Positions 1 through 8,911 of a stretch of DNA of 64,000 nucleotides are shown here, piece after piece; within the stretch, counting starts at the first letter, position 1, and the number at the start of each line of letters is the position of its first letter. The notes beneath the pieces were generated by a model. It ran no database searches, was not told the DNA's origin, and saw only the letters and a list, made by a program, of their open reading frames with translations. Source of the stretch: Dehalococcoidia bacterium (GTDB taxonomy: Bacteria; Chloroflexota; Dehalococcoidia; Lucifugimonadales; UBA2985); assembly GCA_034422115.1 (NCBI GenBank), contig DAOUJW010000021.1:65876-129875 (forward strand), in the 5' to 3' direction. A program made the position numbers and the translations under genes.

Positions 1-1212
1 GGACTGCCAACCACGCTGCTGGCCCTTCCCGCGCTTCCATTTATCCTGGGAACCAGTCTCGTCACGGCTCTCCTGGGGTTGGCAGGCCCGGGAGAGGCCG
101 AGATGGTCGGCTTGGTCGCCTGGCTGTGCCTGTCCTACCTCAAGACGGTGGTGGAGGTGTTCGACGCCATACCCGGAAACGCTGTCAGCGTGGGAGGCTT
201 CGGCATAACGTTGGTAGTCGTGTACTACGCAGCGCTGCTGGCGGCGGTCGCCGCGCGCCCAAGGCTGCCAGCCATCTCAGCGCGGCTTTCGCAGCCCTTC
301 GTCAGAGAGTCCGGCCTTGCGGAGAGGGTGGAGTCGTGGCAGCCGGGCCGCCGCGCCTTCTGGGCTATGGCCTTCATGGGCGTCCTGGCGTCGGCAGTGA
401 TATGGACAGCTGCGATCTCCAGGCCCGACGGCCGGCTGCACGTCGCCTTCCTGGACGTGGGCCAGGGCGACGCCGTTTTCGTGGTCACGCCCGGAGGCCG
501 CCAGGCGCTCATCGACGGCGGCGCAGACCCCAAGAGGCTGCTCAACCATCTGGGAGACCGCGTCCCGTTCTGGGACGACGGCCTGGACATGGTGGTTCTG
601 ACCCATCCCCACGAGGACCACGTGGCCGGGTTGGTTGAGGCGCTTGACAGGTATGAGGTGGACATGGCGCTGGAGCGCAGGTTCGATTTCCCGTCCCCGG
701 ACTACGCCCTGTGGCAGTCCGTGCTAGCGGACAGGGACGTCCAGGCCCTGCAGGCGGTGGAGGGGCAGCGGATAACCCTGGGCAATGGCGTGTTGCTGGA
801 GGTCATCTATCCCCCTGACAGGCTGCTGGAGGGCACCACGTCGGACGTGAACAACGCGTCGATAGTCATGCGGCTGACCTACGGCGAGACCTCCTTCCTG
901 CTCACGGGTGACGTGCACTGGGACGCCGAAAGCTACATCCTTAGCCGCTCTCTGCCCATTCGGAGCGACGTGCTAAAAGTCCCCCACCAGGGCAGCAACA
1001 CGTCCAGTTCCGACGCCTTTGTCCGCCAGGTAACGCCCCGGGTCGCCGTCATATCCGTGGGAGCGGACAACGCCTTCGGCCACCCGCACCCTGAGACGAT
1101 GGACACCCTCCGGGCCGCCCTGCCCGATGACAGAATCCTGACAACCGCCCTGAACGGGACGGTCCAGTTCACCTCAGACGGCTCGCGGCTGTGGGTGCAG
1201 GCGGAGAGGTAG
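1..1212 (+). CDS. comEC: ComEC/Rec2-family DNA internalization protein, C-terminal metallo-beta-lactamase domain (5' end outside window)
   Basis: Frame 1 is open from nt 1 with no stop before the listed ATG at 79. The N-terminal part is hydrophobic. MBL motifs LDVGQGDA and THPHEDHVAG are present, followed by HQGS...GADNAFGHPH. Confidence 0.8.
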   Translation, partial: GLPTTLLALPALPFILGTSLVTALLGLAGPGEAEMVGLVAWLCLSYLKTVVEVFDAIPGNAVSVGGFGITLVVVYYAALLAAVAARPRLPAISARLSQPFVRESGLAERVESWQPGRRAFWAMAFMGVLASAVIWTAAISRPDGRLHVAFLDVGQGDAVFVVTPGGRQALIDGGADPKRLLNHLGDRVPFWDDGLDMVVLTHPHEDHVAGLVEALDRYEVDMALERRFDFPSPDYALWQSVLADRDVQALQAVEGQRITLGNGVLLEVIYPPDRLLEGTTSDVNNASIVMRLTYGETSFLLTGDVHWDAESYILSRSLPIRSDVLKVPHQGSNTSSSDAFVRQVTPRVAVISVGADNAFGHPHPETMDTLRAALPDDRILTTALNGTVQFTSDGSRLWVQAER

Positions 1213-1214
1213 CC

Positions 1215-1763
1215 TTACTCCCACAACCTCTCAAAGGACAGCCGCCCGTCTTCACTCTCCTGCAACAGGTACACGTCCGGGTTGGACAGGGACTCCCAGC
1301 CGCCGTAGCCAAAGGCGGGGTCCAGGGAGCTCAGGACAAGGCTCAACAGGTTGCCGTGGGTCACCGCGAGGGGAAGGTTGTAGCCTCCGTCCAGGAGCTC
1401 GTTCAGGCAGGCCCAGGCTCTCTCCAGCGCCTCCCGACCGGACTCGCCGCCGGGGGCACGAGAGTCCAGGTCGTCGAAAGAGCTGCGGATAACGTCGCGC
1501 CAGTTGTCCAGAGGGCCGTCGGCGAGCCTCCGCTCGTTCAGGCGAGGGTCCACACGGACAGCCAGTCCGGCAGACGCCGCAAAGGGCTCAATTGTCTGCC
1601 TGGCCCGCAGGAACGCGCTGGACACCGCCGCGTCAATGCGCCTGCCGGAGAGGAAGTCGGCAAGGGACTCGGCCTGGCTGAAGCCAAGAGTCGTCAATGG
1701 GTCGTCGGGGAGCTGGCCGGAGGCCTGGCAGTGCCGCACCAAGAGCAGTCTACGTGACGGCAA
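1215..1763 (-). CDS. histidine phosphatase family protein (phosphoglycerate-mutase-like)
   Basis: LLLVRHCQASG (RHG-type catalytic motif) near the N-terminus and VTHGNL later; 182 aa. Confidence 0.75.
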   Translation of the reverse strand: MPSRRLLLVRHCQASGQLPDDPLTTLGFSQAESLADFLSGRRIDAAVSSAFLRARQTIEPFAASAGLAVRVDPRLNERRLADGPLDNWRDVIRSSFDDLDSRAPGGESGREALERAWACLNELLDGGYNLPLAVTHGNLLSLVLSSLDPAFGYGGWESLSNPDVYLLQESEDGRLSFERLWE

Positions 1764-1831
1764 TACAATACCACTCTATCAACGTATGTCCGTAACGCGG
1801 GCTTGGTGAACGGATAAGCGATGGACTGGCT

Positions 1832-2248
1832 TCACGCAGTCCGGCGGCTGACCAGGTACAGGTGGTTGCGCCCGTTCTCCCGGCGATAGGCCATCTCGTC
1901 CATCATCTCCTTTGCCAGGTGAACGCCGAGGCCGCCGATGGAGCGGCTCTCGACGGGGCCGGTGGTGTCCGGCTCCGGGGCATCGGTCATCGGGTCAAAG
2001 GCGTGGCCTTCGTCCGTAATGTTGATGGTCACGGCGTCCGCCGCCGAGGTGAGCGCTATCTCGATCTCGTGCTCGTTGTCGTCGTGGCCGTAGTCCATGA
2101 TGTTGAGCACGAGCTCCTCAAGGACCAGGTTAATCCGGAAAAGGAGGTCCGGCGGCCACTCCTCCTTCTCCGCAAAGGCCTCTATGGACTCTGTTATCTT
2201 GTCCAGCTCTTCGCGGTCTGACAAGACCTTGAGGATCAGGTCACTCAA
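1832..2248 (-). CDS. anti-sigma regulatory factor, Ser/Thr kinase (RsbW/SpoIIAB-like HATPase)
   Basis: 138 aa. N-box-like EELVLNIMDYGH and G-box-like GGLGVHLAKEMMDE. Sits downstream of a STAS gene. Confidence 0.75.
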   Translation of the reverse strand: MSDLILKVLSDREELDKITESIEAFAEKEEWPPDLLFRINLVLEELVLNIMDYGHDDNEHEIEIALTSAADAVTINITDEGHAFDPMTDAPEPDTTGPVESRSIGGLGVHLAKEMMDEMAYRRENGRNHLYLVSRRTA

Positions 2249-2425
2249 GACTCAGACCTCGCTCTGCCGGTCGGGCCGACGCAGATAGTTCCTCTGGTCT
2301 CCTGGTTTCTCATCCCCCAAAAACCTTTTTGAAACATAGTATCTACTCAGAACTCCGCCGCCCTCATCGCCTAGCCAGCCCCCGGAGACCGGAGCGCGTT
2401 GGCGTTGGCGCGGGAGGCATTCGGG

Positions 2426-2821
2426 CTAGCTCCCAAGAGAGGAGATGGCCTCCGCCTGAGTGGCGTGAGTTGGGATGATCTTGTCGAAGCCGCTGATCTG
2501 GAAGACCTCGTTAATGGAGTCGGAGAGGGAGCACATGCCAAACTTGGCCGACTTCCCCTGAAGCTGCTTGGCCACCAGCAGTATGACCCTGAGACCGGCG
2601 CTGCTGATGTAGGACAGATTCTCCAGGTTCAGGACAAAGGTGTTGACGTTGTCCTTCAACATGGTTTCCAGGGCGTCCTGAAAGTCCTTGGCGTTGCCGC
2701 CGTCAACTCTGCCCGATGCCTTTGCCACCAGGGCCCCGCCGGCCAACTCGCCTTGTATCATGAGATTCTTGGTATCGGAGACCGTCCAGCCTCCTCCGGC
2801 TTCCTGTCCGCTTGTTGTCAT
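2426..2821 (-). CDS. STAS-domain anti-sigma-factor antagonist (SpoIIAA/RsbV-like)
   Basis: 131 aa. LENLSYISSAGLRVILLVAKQL is the conserved phosphorylatable-Ser region of STAS proteins. Confidence 0.75.
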   Translation of the reverse strand: MTTSGQEAGGGWTVSDTKNLMIQGELAGGALVAKASGRVDGGNAKDFQDALETMLKDNVNTFVLNLENLSYISSAGLRVILLVAKQLQGKSAKFGMCSLSDSINEVFQISGFDKIIPTHATQAEAISSLGS

Positions 2822-3088
2822 AGAGAACCCTCGCTGTGATGGCTATTTTTGCTTCCAATTCAGAGCCGACGGGAGGCCGGGTGTCTCCCGCGGCTATTTT
2901 GTGCGCTCCGACCGGCTCTGCTGGAGGATACTTCTCAGCAGACCTATCCGGGTGCGTTTCCCAGTATGAGATTGTGCCACTTGCCGCGCTCGATGGCGCA
3001 AACCTTCTAATACAATAGCACGACAAACGATTTCAGTAAACACCCTCGTATCATTCAGTAAGTACCCTCGCGCCCGCCGCCACGCGCC

Positions 3089-4960
3089 CTAGACCGGCAG
3101 GTCCTGGAAGTTCATGGCGTACAGCTTGGCGTACAGGCCGTCCTTTGCCAGCAGGTCGTTGTGCTTGCCAAGCTCCGCTATGCGCCCCTGCTCCATCACC
3201 AGTATCTTGTCAGCGTCCTGGATGGTGGAGAGCCTGTGGGCAATGATGATGGCCGTCCGGCCCCGCAACAGCTCCTTGAGAGCGTCCTGGATCAGGCGCT
3301 CCGTGTAGCTGTCCACGTTGGCCGTGGCCTCGTCCAGTATCAGGATGCGGGGGTCAGCCACCAGCGCCCGGGCGAAGGCGATGAGCTGCCTCTGGCCCAC
3401 GCTCAGGTTGCTGCCCCGCTCGTGGAGGACGGTCTCGTAGCCGTCGGGCAGCCTCATGATGAAGTCGTGCGCGCCCAGGGCCCTGGTCGCCTTCTCGATG
3501 TCCTCCTGGGTGGCGTCGCGATTGGCGAAGCGTATGTTTTCGGCAACGGTCGTGGAGTAGAGGAATGGCTCCTGGAGCACAAGGCTCATCTGGCTCGCCA
3601 GCGAGGAGCGGGTGATGTCACGCAGGTCGTAGCCGTCCACGGTGATGCTCCCCTGGCCGACGTCATAGAAGCGTGTGACCAGGGCCACCATCGTCGTCTT
3701 GCCCGCGCCCGTCGGCCCCACAATCGCCATCGACTCTCCCGGCAGCACCTCCACCGACACGTCGTCCAGCACCTGCACCTCCGGGTTGTAGGAGAAGGAC
3801 ACGTTGTTGAACTTCACGTGCCCCTTGATGGGCGGCAGCTTCTCCGCGTCCGGCTTGTCCACCAGGTCAGGCTGCACGTCCAGAAGCTCGAAGATGCGCA
3901 TTCCGGCGGTCATGGCCCTCTGCATCATGGCGTACTGCATCACCAGGGCGCGGATTGGCTCGAAGAAGCGCTGCACCAGCAGGGCGAACATCACCATAGT
4001 ACCCAGCTCCAGGGTACCGGTCTGCTCCATCCTGCCGCCGACGATTATCAGTATGCCGAAGGCGATGGCGGTGAGCACCTCCACCGTGGGCATCAGGCTG
4101 GCGGTGAGCCTGCTGGCGCTGAGGTTGGCGTTCAGGTGCTCGGCGTTCAACTCGTCAAACTGGGACAGGTTGACCTTCTCCCTGTTCATGCTCTGGGTGA
4201 CCCGCACGCCGGTGATGTTCTCCTGGAGGCTGGCGTTCACTCCGGCAATGGCGTACCGGATGCGCATGAATGACCGCCGGGCGCGGATCTGCCAGAAGAC
4301 CATGATCACCGCGAAGACCGGCATGACGACGAAGCAGAGGAGCGCCAGCTCCATGTTCCGGTTCAGCATCACCACAACGATGAGCACAAGGCTGAGCACC
4401 TCCGCGAAGCCCACCACAAAGATGGTCATGAACTCCTGGAGGGCCGTGGTGTCGTTCTGGACGCGGCTCATCAGCCTACCCACCTCGTTGTGGTCAAAGA
4501 ACTGGGTGGAGAGTCGCTGCAGGTGGGCGTGCATGTCGCTCCGCAGCTTGTACAGCACCGCCATGTTCACCCTGGCCAGGCCCCTGAGATGGATGAAGTT
4601 GCCCGCCAGGTTCAGCACAACCACCCCGGCAAAGACCAGGCCAATCCCGTGCAGCCCGGCCACCCGCTCCGCCACGGAGAGCTCGGGGTCCCTCAGGTAC
4701 CGGTCGATGGCCTCGCCAACCAGCACGGGCACCGCTATCTGGGTCACGATGTACACCAGCATCGCAATCAGGCTCACCAGTGTCATCTTCCAGTGGGGCT
4801 TCAGGTATCCCGCCAGACGAAAGACAACGGCCTGGTCGTAGACCTTGCCAAACTCCGTGTCCTCCAGCACCAGGCTGAGGCGCCCGCGTATCCTGCGGAC
4901 CTCCTGGACACCCGGAAGGTTGGGGTTTATTCCGCCCTGGCCAAGTCCTCCCCACTGCAT
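3089..4960 (-). CDS. ABC exporter, fused permease/ATP-binding subunit (MsbA/multidrug type)
   Basis: N-terminal six-TM-like half. Walker A GPTGAGKTT, signature LSVGQRQ, Walker B ILILDEATA. Confidence 0.9.
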   Translation of the reverse strand: MQWGGLGQGGINPNLPGVQEVRRIRGRLSLVLEDTEFGKVYDQAVVFRLAGYLKPHWKMTLVSLIAMLVYIVTQIAVPVLVGEAIDRYLRDPELSVAERVAGLHGIGLVFAGVVVLNLAGNFIHLRGLARVNMAVLYKLRSDMHAHLQRLSTQFFDHNEVGRLMSRVQNDTTALQEFMTIFVVGFAEVLSLVLIVVVMLNRNMELALLCFVVMPVFAVIMVFWQIRARRSFMRIRYAIAGVNASLQENITGVRVTQSMNREKVNLSQFDELNAEHLNANLSASRLTASLMPTVEVLTAIAFGILIIVGGRMEQTGTLELGTMVMFALLVQRFFEPIRALVMQYAMMQRAMTAGMRIFELLDVQPDLVDKPDAEKLPPIKGHVKFNNVSFSYNPEVQVLDDVSVEVLPGESMAIVGPTGAGKTTMVALVTRFYDVGQGSITVDGYDLRDITRSSLASQMSLVLQEPFLYSTTVAENIRFANRDATQEDIEKATRALGAHDFIMRLPDGYETVLHERGSNLSVGQRQLIAFARALVADPRILILDEATANVDSYTERLIQDALKELLRGRTAIIIAHRLSTIQDADKILVMEQGRIAELGKHNDLLAKDGLYAKLYAMNFQDLPV

Positions 4961-4962
4961 TG

Positions 4963-6786
4963 CTAGGAGCCCCCCTCCACGTTCAGGGTTCGCGTCTCAA
5001 GGCCGAGGCCGGCTGCGCCGTTGCCGTCGGCGGACAGCGTTCCGCCGCCGTTGACCTCCATCTCCTGCGGGCGCAGCTGAAGCTCGTATATCTCCTGGTA
5101 CGGGCCAGGCACGCTCAATAGCTCCTCGTGGACGCCCTTCTGCACTATCCTGCCCTCTTTCATCACCAGTATCATGTCTGCGTTCTTCACGCTGCTCAGG
5201 CGATGGGCAATGACGAAGGTAGTCCTGCCCTGAATCACCGTATCCAACGCTTGGCGAATAAGATGCTCCGTCTCCGTATCGACGCTGGACGTGGAGTCGT
5301 CCAGGATGAGGATGGGCGGGTCCAGCAGCAGCGTGCGGGCGATGGCCAGTCGCTGCCTCTGGCCGCCGGAGAGGGTCACGCCCCGCTCTCCCACGTAGCT
5401 GTCGTACCCATCGGGCATGCTCTCAATGAAGTCGTGAAGCTGGGCGGCCTTGGCCGCTCGCACCACGTCCTCAAAGGGCGCGTCCACGGAGCCGTAGGCA
5501 ATGTTCGCCCTTATGGTAGAGGTGAAGATGAACACGTCCTGCTGCACAATGCCCACGTTGCGGCGCAGGGAGGCCAGGGTGGCGTCCCGGATGTCCATCC
5601 CGTCGATGGTGATGCGGCCTTCGGTTACGTCGTAGAAGCGGGGAATCAGGTGTACGACGGTGGTCTTGCCGCTGCCGGGCGCGCCGAGAATGGCGATCAC
5701 CTTCGTCCTGGGAGCTTCGAAGTCGACGCCCTTGAGCACCGGCGACAGCTCGCTGTACCCGAAGGACACGTCCTCAAAGCGCACGTCGCCACTCACGCGC
5801 CCCACGTCCAGGGCGTTCCGCTTCTCCTGCACCGGCGACTCCGCGTCCAGCACGTAGAAGATGCGCTCCCCGGAGGACATGGCGCGGGAGAAGCTGTTGA
5901 CTATCCAGGCCGTCATGCGCACGGGTATGGCCAGCAGGCCCATGTAGAGAAGGAAGGAGACCAGCTCACCCTCCGTCATGGCCCCGTCCACCACCTGCAG
6001 CGCGCCGAACCACAGGATGACGCCCGTTCCTCCAAGGAGGAAGAAGTTGTTGAGGGACGTGGTGATGGCCTGGAGCCTCTCGGCGGTGAAGCCGTACCGG
6101 GCCACCTCAGAGGCGTGGTAGTTGAACTTCCCCTTCTCCAGGTCTTCGGCGGCGAAGGCCTTGACCACCCGCTGCCCGGCCAGGTTCTCCTGGAGCACCG
6201 TGTTCAGGTATCCCATCTCCGTGCGCTCGGCCATCCAGTTGCGGCGCATCTCCAGCATGATGGTAGCCGTCCGCAGGATGATGAAGGGCACAAACACCAG
6301 GCTCATCAGGGCCAGCTTCCAGCTTGAGATGACCAGGATGACGCTGACGCCCAGGATGAGGAGCACCATGTAGCCGCCGCGTATCACGCCTCCCTGGATG
6401 AACATCCGCACCCCCTCCACGTCCGCAGTGGCCCGGGACATCAGGTCACCGGATCGCTGGTTGTCGTGGAAGCCGAAGCTGAGACGCTGCAGCCGCTCGT
6501 AGAAGGCGTTGCGGATGTCGTAGGCGACGCGCTGGCCCAGGGACTCGCCGAGGTACTGCTGTCCGTAGGCGGCCACGCCTCGGAGGGCGCTTATGACCAG
6601 TACCAGCACGGCCAGGAAGACGAGGGGCGCGACTTCGCCGGACTTGACCACCTCGTCAACGGCGGTGCCGAGTATGCGGGGTATGGCCAGGGCAAAGGCC
6701 GTTACGCCAATGGTGCAGACGTAGGCCAGCAGCAGTCTGTACTTGTACTTGAGGGAGAAGCGGACGAGCCTGAGCAGGATGCGCAT
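4963..6786 (-). CDS. ABC exporter, fused permease/ATP-binding subunit (partner of 3089..4960)
   Basis: Walker A GAPGSGKTT, signature LSGGQRQR, Walker B ILILDDSTS. Only a 2-nt gap to the downstream paralogue suggests a heterodimer. Confidence 0.9.
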   Translation of the reverse strand: MRILLRLVRFSLKYKYRLLLAYVCTIGVTAFALAIPRILGTAVDEVVKSGEVAPLVFLAVLVLVISALRGVAAYGQQYLGESLGQRVAYDIRNAFYERLQRLSFGFHDNQRSGDLMSRATADVEGVRMFIQGGVIRGGYMVLLILGVSVILVISSWKLALMSLVFVPFIILRTATIMLEMRRNWMAERTEMGYLNTVLQENLAGQRVVKAFAAEDLEKGKFNYHASEVARYGFTAERLQAITTSLNNFFLLGGTGVILWFGALQVVDGAMTEGELVSFLLYMGLLAIPVRMTAWIVNSFSRAMSSGERIFYVLDAESPVQEKRNALDVGRVSGDVRFEDVSFGYSELSPVLKGVDFEAPRTKVIAILGAPGSGKTTVVHLIPRFYDVTEGRITIDGMDIRDATLASLRRNVGIVQQDVFIFTSTIRANIAYGSVDAPFEDVVRAAKAAQLHDFIESMPDGYDSYVGERGVTLSGGQRQRLAIARTLLLDPPILILDDSTSSVDTETEHLIRQALDTVIQGRTTFVIAHRLSSVKNADMILVMKEGRIVQKGVHEELLSVPGPYQEIYELQLRPQEMEVNGGGTLSADGNGAAGLGLETRTLNVEGGS

Positions 6787-7016
6787 TGTTGTATGAGTAT
6801 ATTCACCATAGGGTTCACTGCGTATGGCTCGAAAGGGGAGGAGGGGTCAACACAATGCCCAGCGTATATTACTCCAAACCTGAGCTTGCGTCTAGGGTGT
6901 GGGTTTAATCAAGCAGGGCTACCGCAAAGTCGCGATCATGCGTGAGCACAACCGGGGGGAGTAAATGAGTGGGAGCAACTAGAGACGTTCGGGTCGGACG
7001 TGAAATCTACAGAACG

Positions 7017-7403
7017 CTACATCCCCGCCAGTTGCTGGGCGTCCTGGATGTACTCCGCGGTCTCGATGATGATGCGTTCGGTGTCTTCAATAGGTTCGCA
7101 GTTGCCGGAGTAGAAGCAGTCGCCGTGAAGGGCAGCCTGCCTCTCAAAGTACCTGGCCTGCAAACCGCGCATGGACGGGTCGGCGGCGGCCATTGTGCGC
7201 AGGGCCCTGGTGGTGTCGGGCGACCTGGGAGGAAGCCTGTCCGTGCGAACGAGGATCAGGGCGTCCGTGGCGCGCTTGGCCGCGCACCAAGCCTTCTCCG
7301 CGGCGTCGCGGAGGTCGCCGGCGGCAAGACGCTCCAGGGCTGCACGATGCATCTGCCGCGCGTCGCCGAATATGCGGGCGGCTTCAGATTCAACTACGGT
7401 CAT
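7017..7403 (-). CDS. hypothetical all-helical protein, possibly HEPN/PaREP1-like
   Basis: 128 aa ORF with host-like codon usage. The pattern AEKAWCAAKRATDAL...ALHGDCFY resembles PaREP1/HEPN-type helical proteins. The functional call is weak. Confidence 0.45.
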   Translation of the reverse strand: MTVVESEAARIFGDARQMHRAALERLAAGDLRDAAEKAWCAAKRATDALILVRTDRLPPRSPDTTRALRTMAAADPSMRGLQARYFERQAALHGDCFYSGNCEPIEDTERIIIETAEYIQDAQQLAGM

Positions 7404-7548
7404 TCACGTCTCCTCACCGGGCATTATAGCATAGCGCTTTAGTGAAACTCACTCTCCAACAAACCCTTGCCTGTAAAATGCGCGGGACTTATAATTTACC
7501 TTGTTTCAATTGCAACACATCGCCTCCAGTGTTCACGGAGGGCGTCGC

Positions 7549-8223
7549 TTGCCCAAGCCTTCCACCATCGCAATAGACGGTCCAGTCGCATCAGGGAAAA
7601 CGGCCGTGGGCGGCCTGTTGGCTCTGCGACTTGCGTATCGCTTCATCGATACCGGCGTGATGTACCGGGCCGTCACCTGGGCTGCGCTGAGGGACGGGAT
7701 AAACCCCGAGGACGGGGCGGCGGTGACCGCGCTGGCCCACAGGATGCAGATGGAAGTTACCTACAGCGACAACCTGAGCGGCCCAAGGCTCAAGGTCGAT
7801 GGCCGCGAGCTCACGGGGGAGCTGCGGGCGAAAGAGGTGGACGGCTGGGTGTCCCTGGTGTCCAGCTACAGCGGCGTCAGGCGTGCGCTGGTGGCTCGAC
7901 AGCGGGCGCTGGCAGAGGAGGGTAGGATCATCATGGTGGGCAGGGACATAGGCACGGTGGTGCTGCCGGACGCAGACCTCAAGGTGTTCCTCACCGCCTC
8001 CCGCGAGGAGCGCGCCCAACGTCGATACCGCGAGATGAAGGAGAAAGGCCAGTCGCCTAAAATGGAGCAGGTGATGGAGAACCTGCTGGCCAGGGACGAG
8101 ATGGACAGCAGCAGGGCCGACTCGCCGCTGCGGGCGGGGAGCGGCGCGCACGTCCTGAACACAAACCACATGGGGCTTGATGAAGTGGTGGACAGCATAA
8201 TCAAGCTGATGGAAGAGGGCTGA
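7549..8223 (+). CDS. cmk: cytidylate kinase
   Basis: IAIDGPVASGKT P-loop followed by DTGVMYRA. The start is placed at TTG 7549, preceded by GGAGGG at 7537..7542. The ORF is open from 7501, so the start is uncertain. Confidence 0.85.
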   Translation: MPKPSTIAIDGPVASGKTAVGGLLALRLAYRFIDTGVMYRAVTWAALRDGINPEDGAAVTALAHRMQMEVTYSDNLSGPRLKVDGRELTGELRAKEVDGWVSLVSSYSGVRRALVARQRALAEEGRIIMVGRDIGTVVLPDADLKVFLTASREERAQRRYREMKEKGQSPKMEQVMENLLARDEMDSSRADSPLRAGSGAHVLNTNHMGLDEVVDSIIKLMEEG

Positions 8224-8909
8224 TGGGCGCAGTTTACTCCTCCGCCAGATTCATGATGCGCAACGCGCTGCGGCTCTTCGGCGACTGGCAGGTTGAGGGC
8301 AGGGAGTGCGTTCCGCCCAGGGGGCCGCTCATCGTGGTGTCCAACCACCAGAGCAACATGGATCCCCCGCTGATCATGGCGAGCCTCCCCCGGCGGGTCT
8401 ACTTCATGGCAAAGCGGGGCATCTTCAACGGCCCGGTACTGTCGTTCCTGCTGAAGGCCTACGGCGCATTCCCCCTCAACCGGGACGGCGGCGACCTGCA
8501 GGCCATCCAGTGGAGCCTGAAAATGCTCGACGGCGGCGCAGCCATAGGAATGTTCCCGGAGGGCACCCGGAGTCCCTATGGGATGCGGAAGGGCATACCC
8601 GGCATTGCGATGATTGCCCTCAAGTCCGGCGCTCCCATCCTGCCGATGGGGATGACCGGCACGGAGCGGACCGGCCCGCCCTGGCAGGTGGCAATGCCCA
8701 GGGGCGAGTTCAGAGTGAAGATAGGCCAGCCCTTCTCACTGCCCACGATAGAGGGCAGGGTCAGCCGCGAGCAGCTACAGGGCATGACCGATATGATCAT
8801 GGAGCGCGTCGCGGCCCTGCTTCCCAACGACTACCGCGGAGTCTACGACCTGAAGAGCGCGCCTGCACCGCCCAGCCCGACGGCCAGAGCGCAGGACGGG
8901 GGCGGTTAG
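8223..8909 (+). CDS. plsC: 1-acyl-sn-glycerol-3-phosphate acyltransferase
   Basis: HX4D motif NHQSNMD and FPEGTRS. Overlaps the cmk stop (TGATG). Confidence 0.85.
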   Translation: MGAVYSSARFMMRNALRLFGDWQVEGRECVPPRGPLIVVSNHQSNMDPPLIMASLPRRVYFMAKRGIFNGPVLSFLLKAYGAFPLNRDGGDLQAIQWSLKMLDGGAAIGMFPEGTRSPYGMRKGIPGIAMIALKSGAPILPMGMTGTERTGPPWQVAMPRGEFRVKIGQPFSLPTIEGRVSREQLQGMTDMIMERVAALLPNDYRGVYDLKSAPAPPSPTARAQDGGG

Positions 8910-8911
8910 CC

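Noticed and set aside
3161-6327. Long + strand ORFs (3161..4273, 3804..4841, 5128..6327) opposite the two ABC exporter genes.
   Set aside because: Antisense artefacts. Walker A/B and signature motifs are on the minus strand.
8306-8911. A 200-codon N-terminal extension of the glmS ORF.
   Set aside because: It overlaps plsC in another frame and is Arg/Pro/Gly-rich. GlmS must begin with Met-Cys (MCGIIGY at 8912), since Cys is the N-terminal nucleophile.
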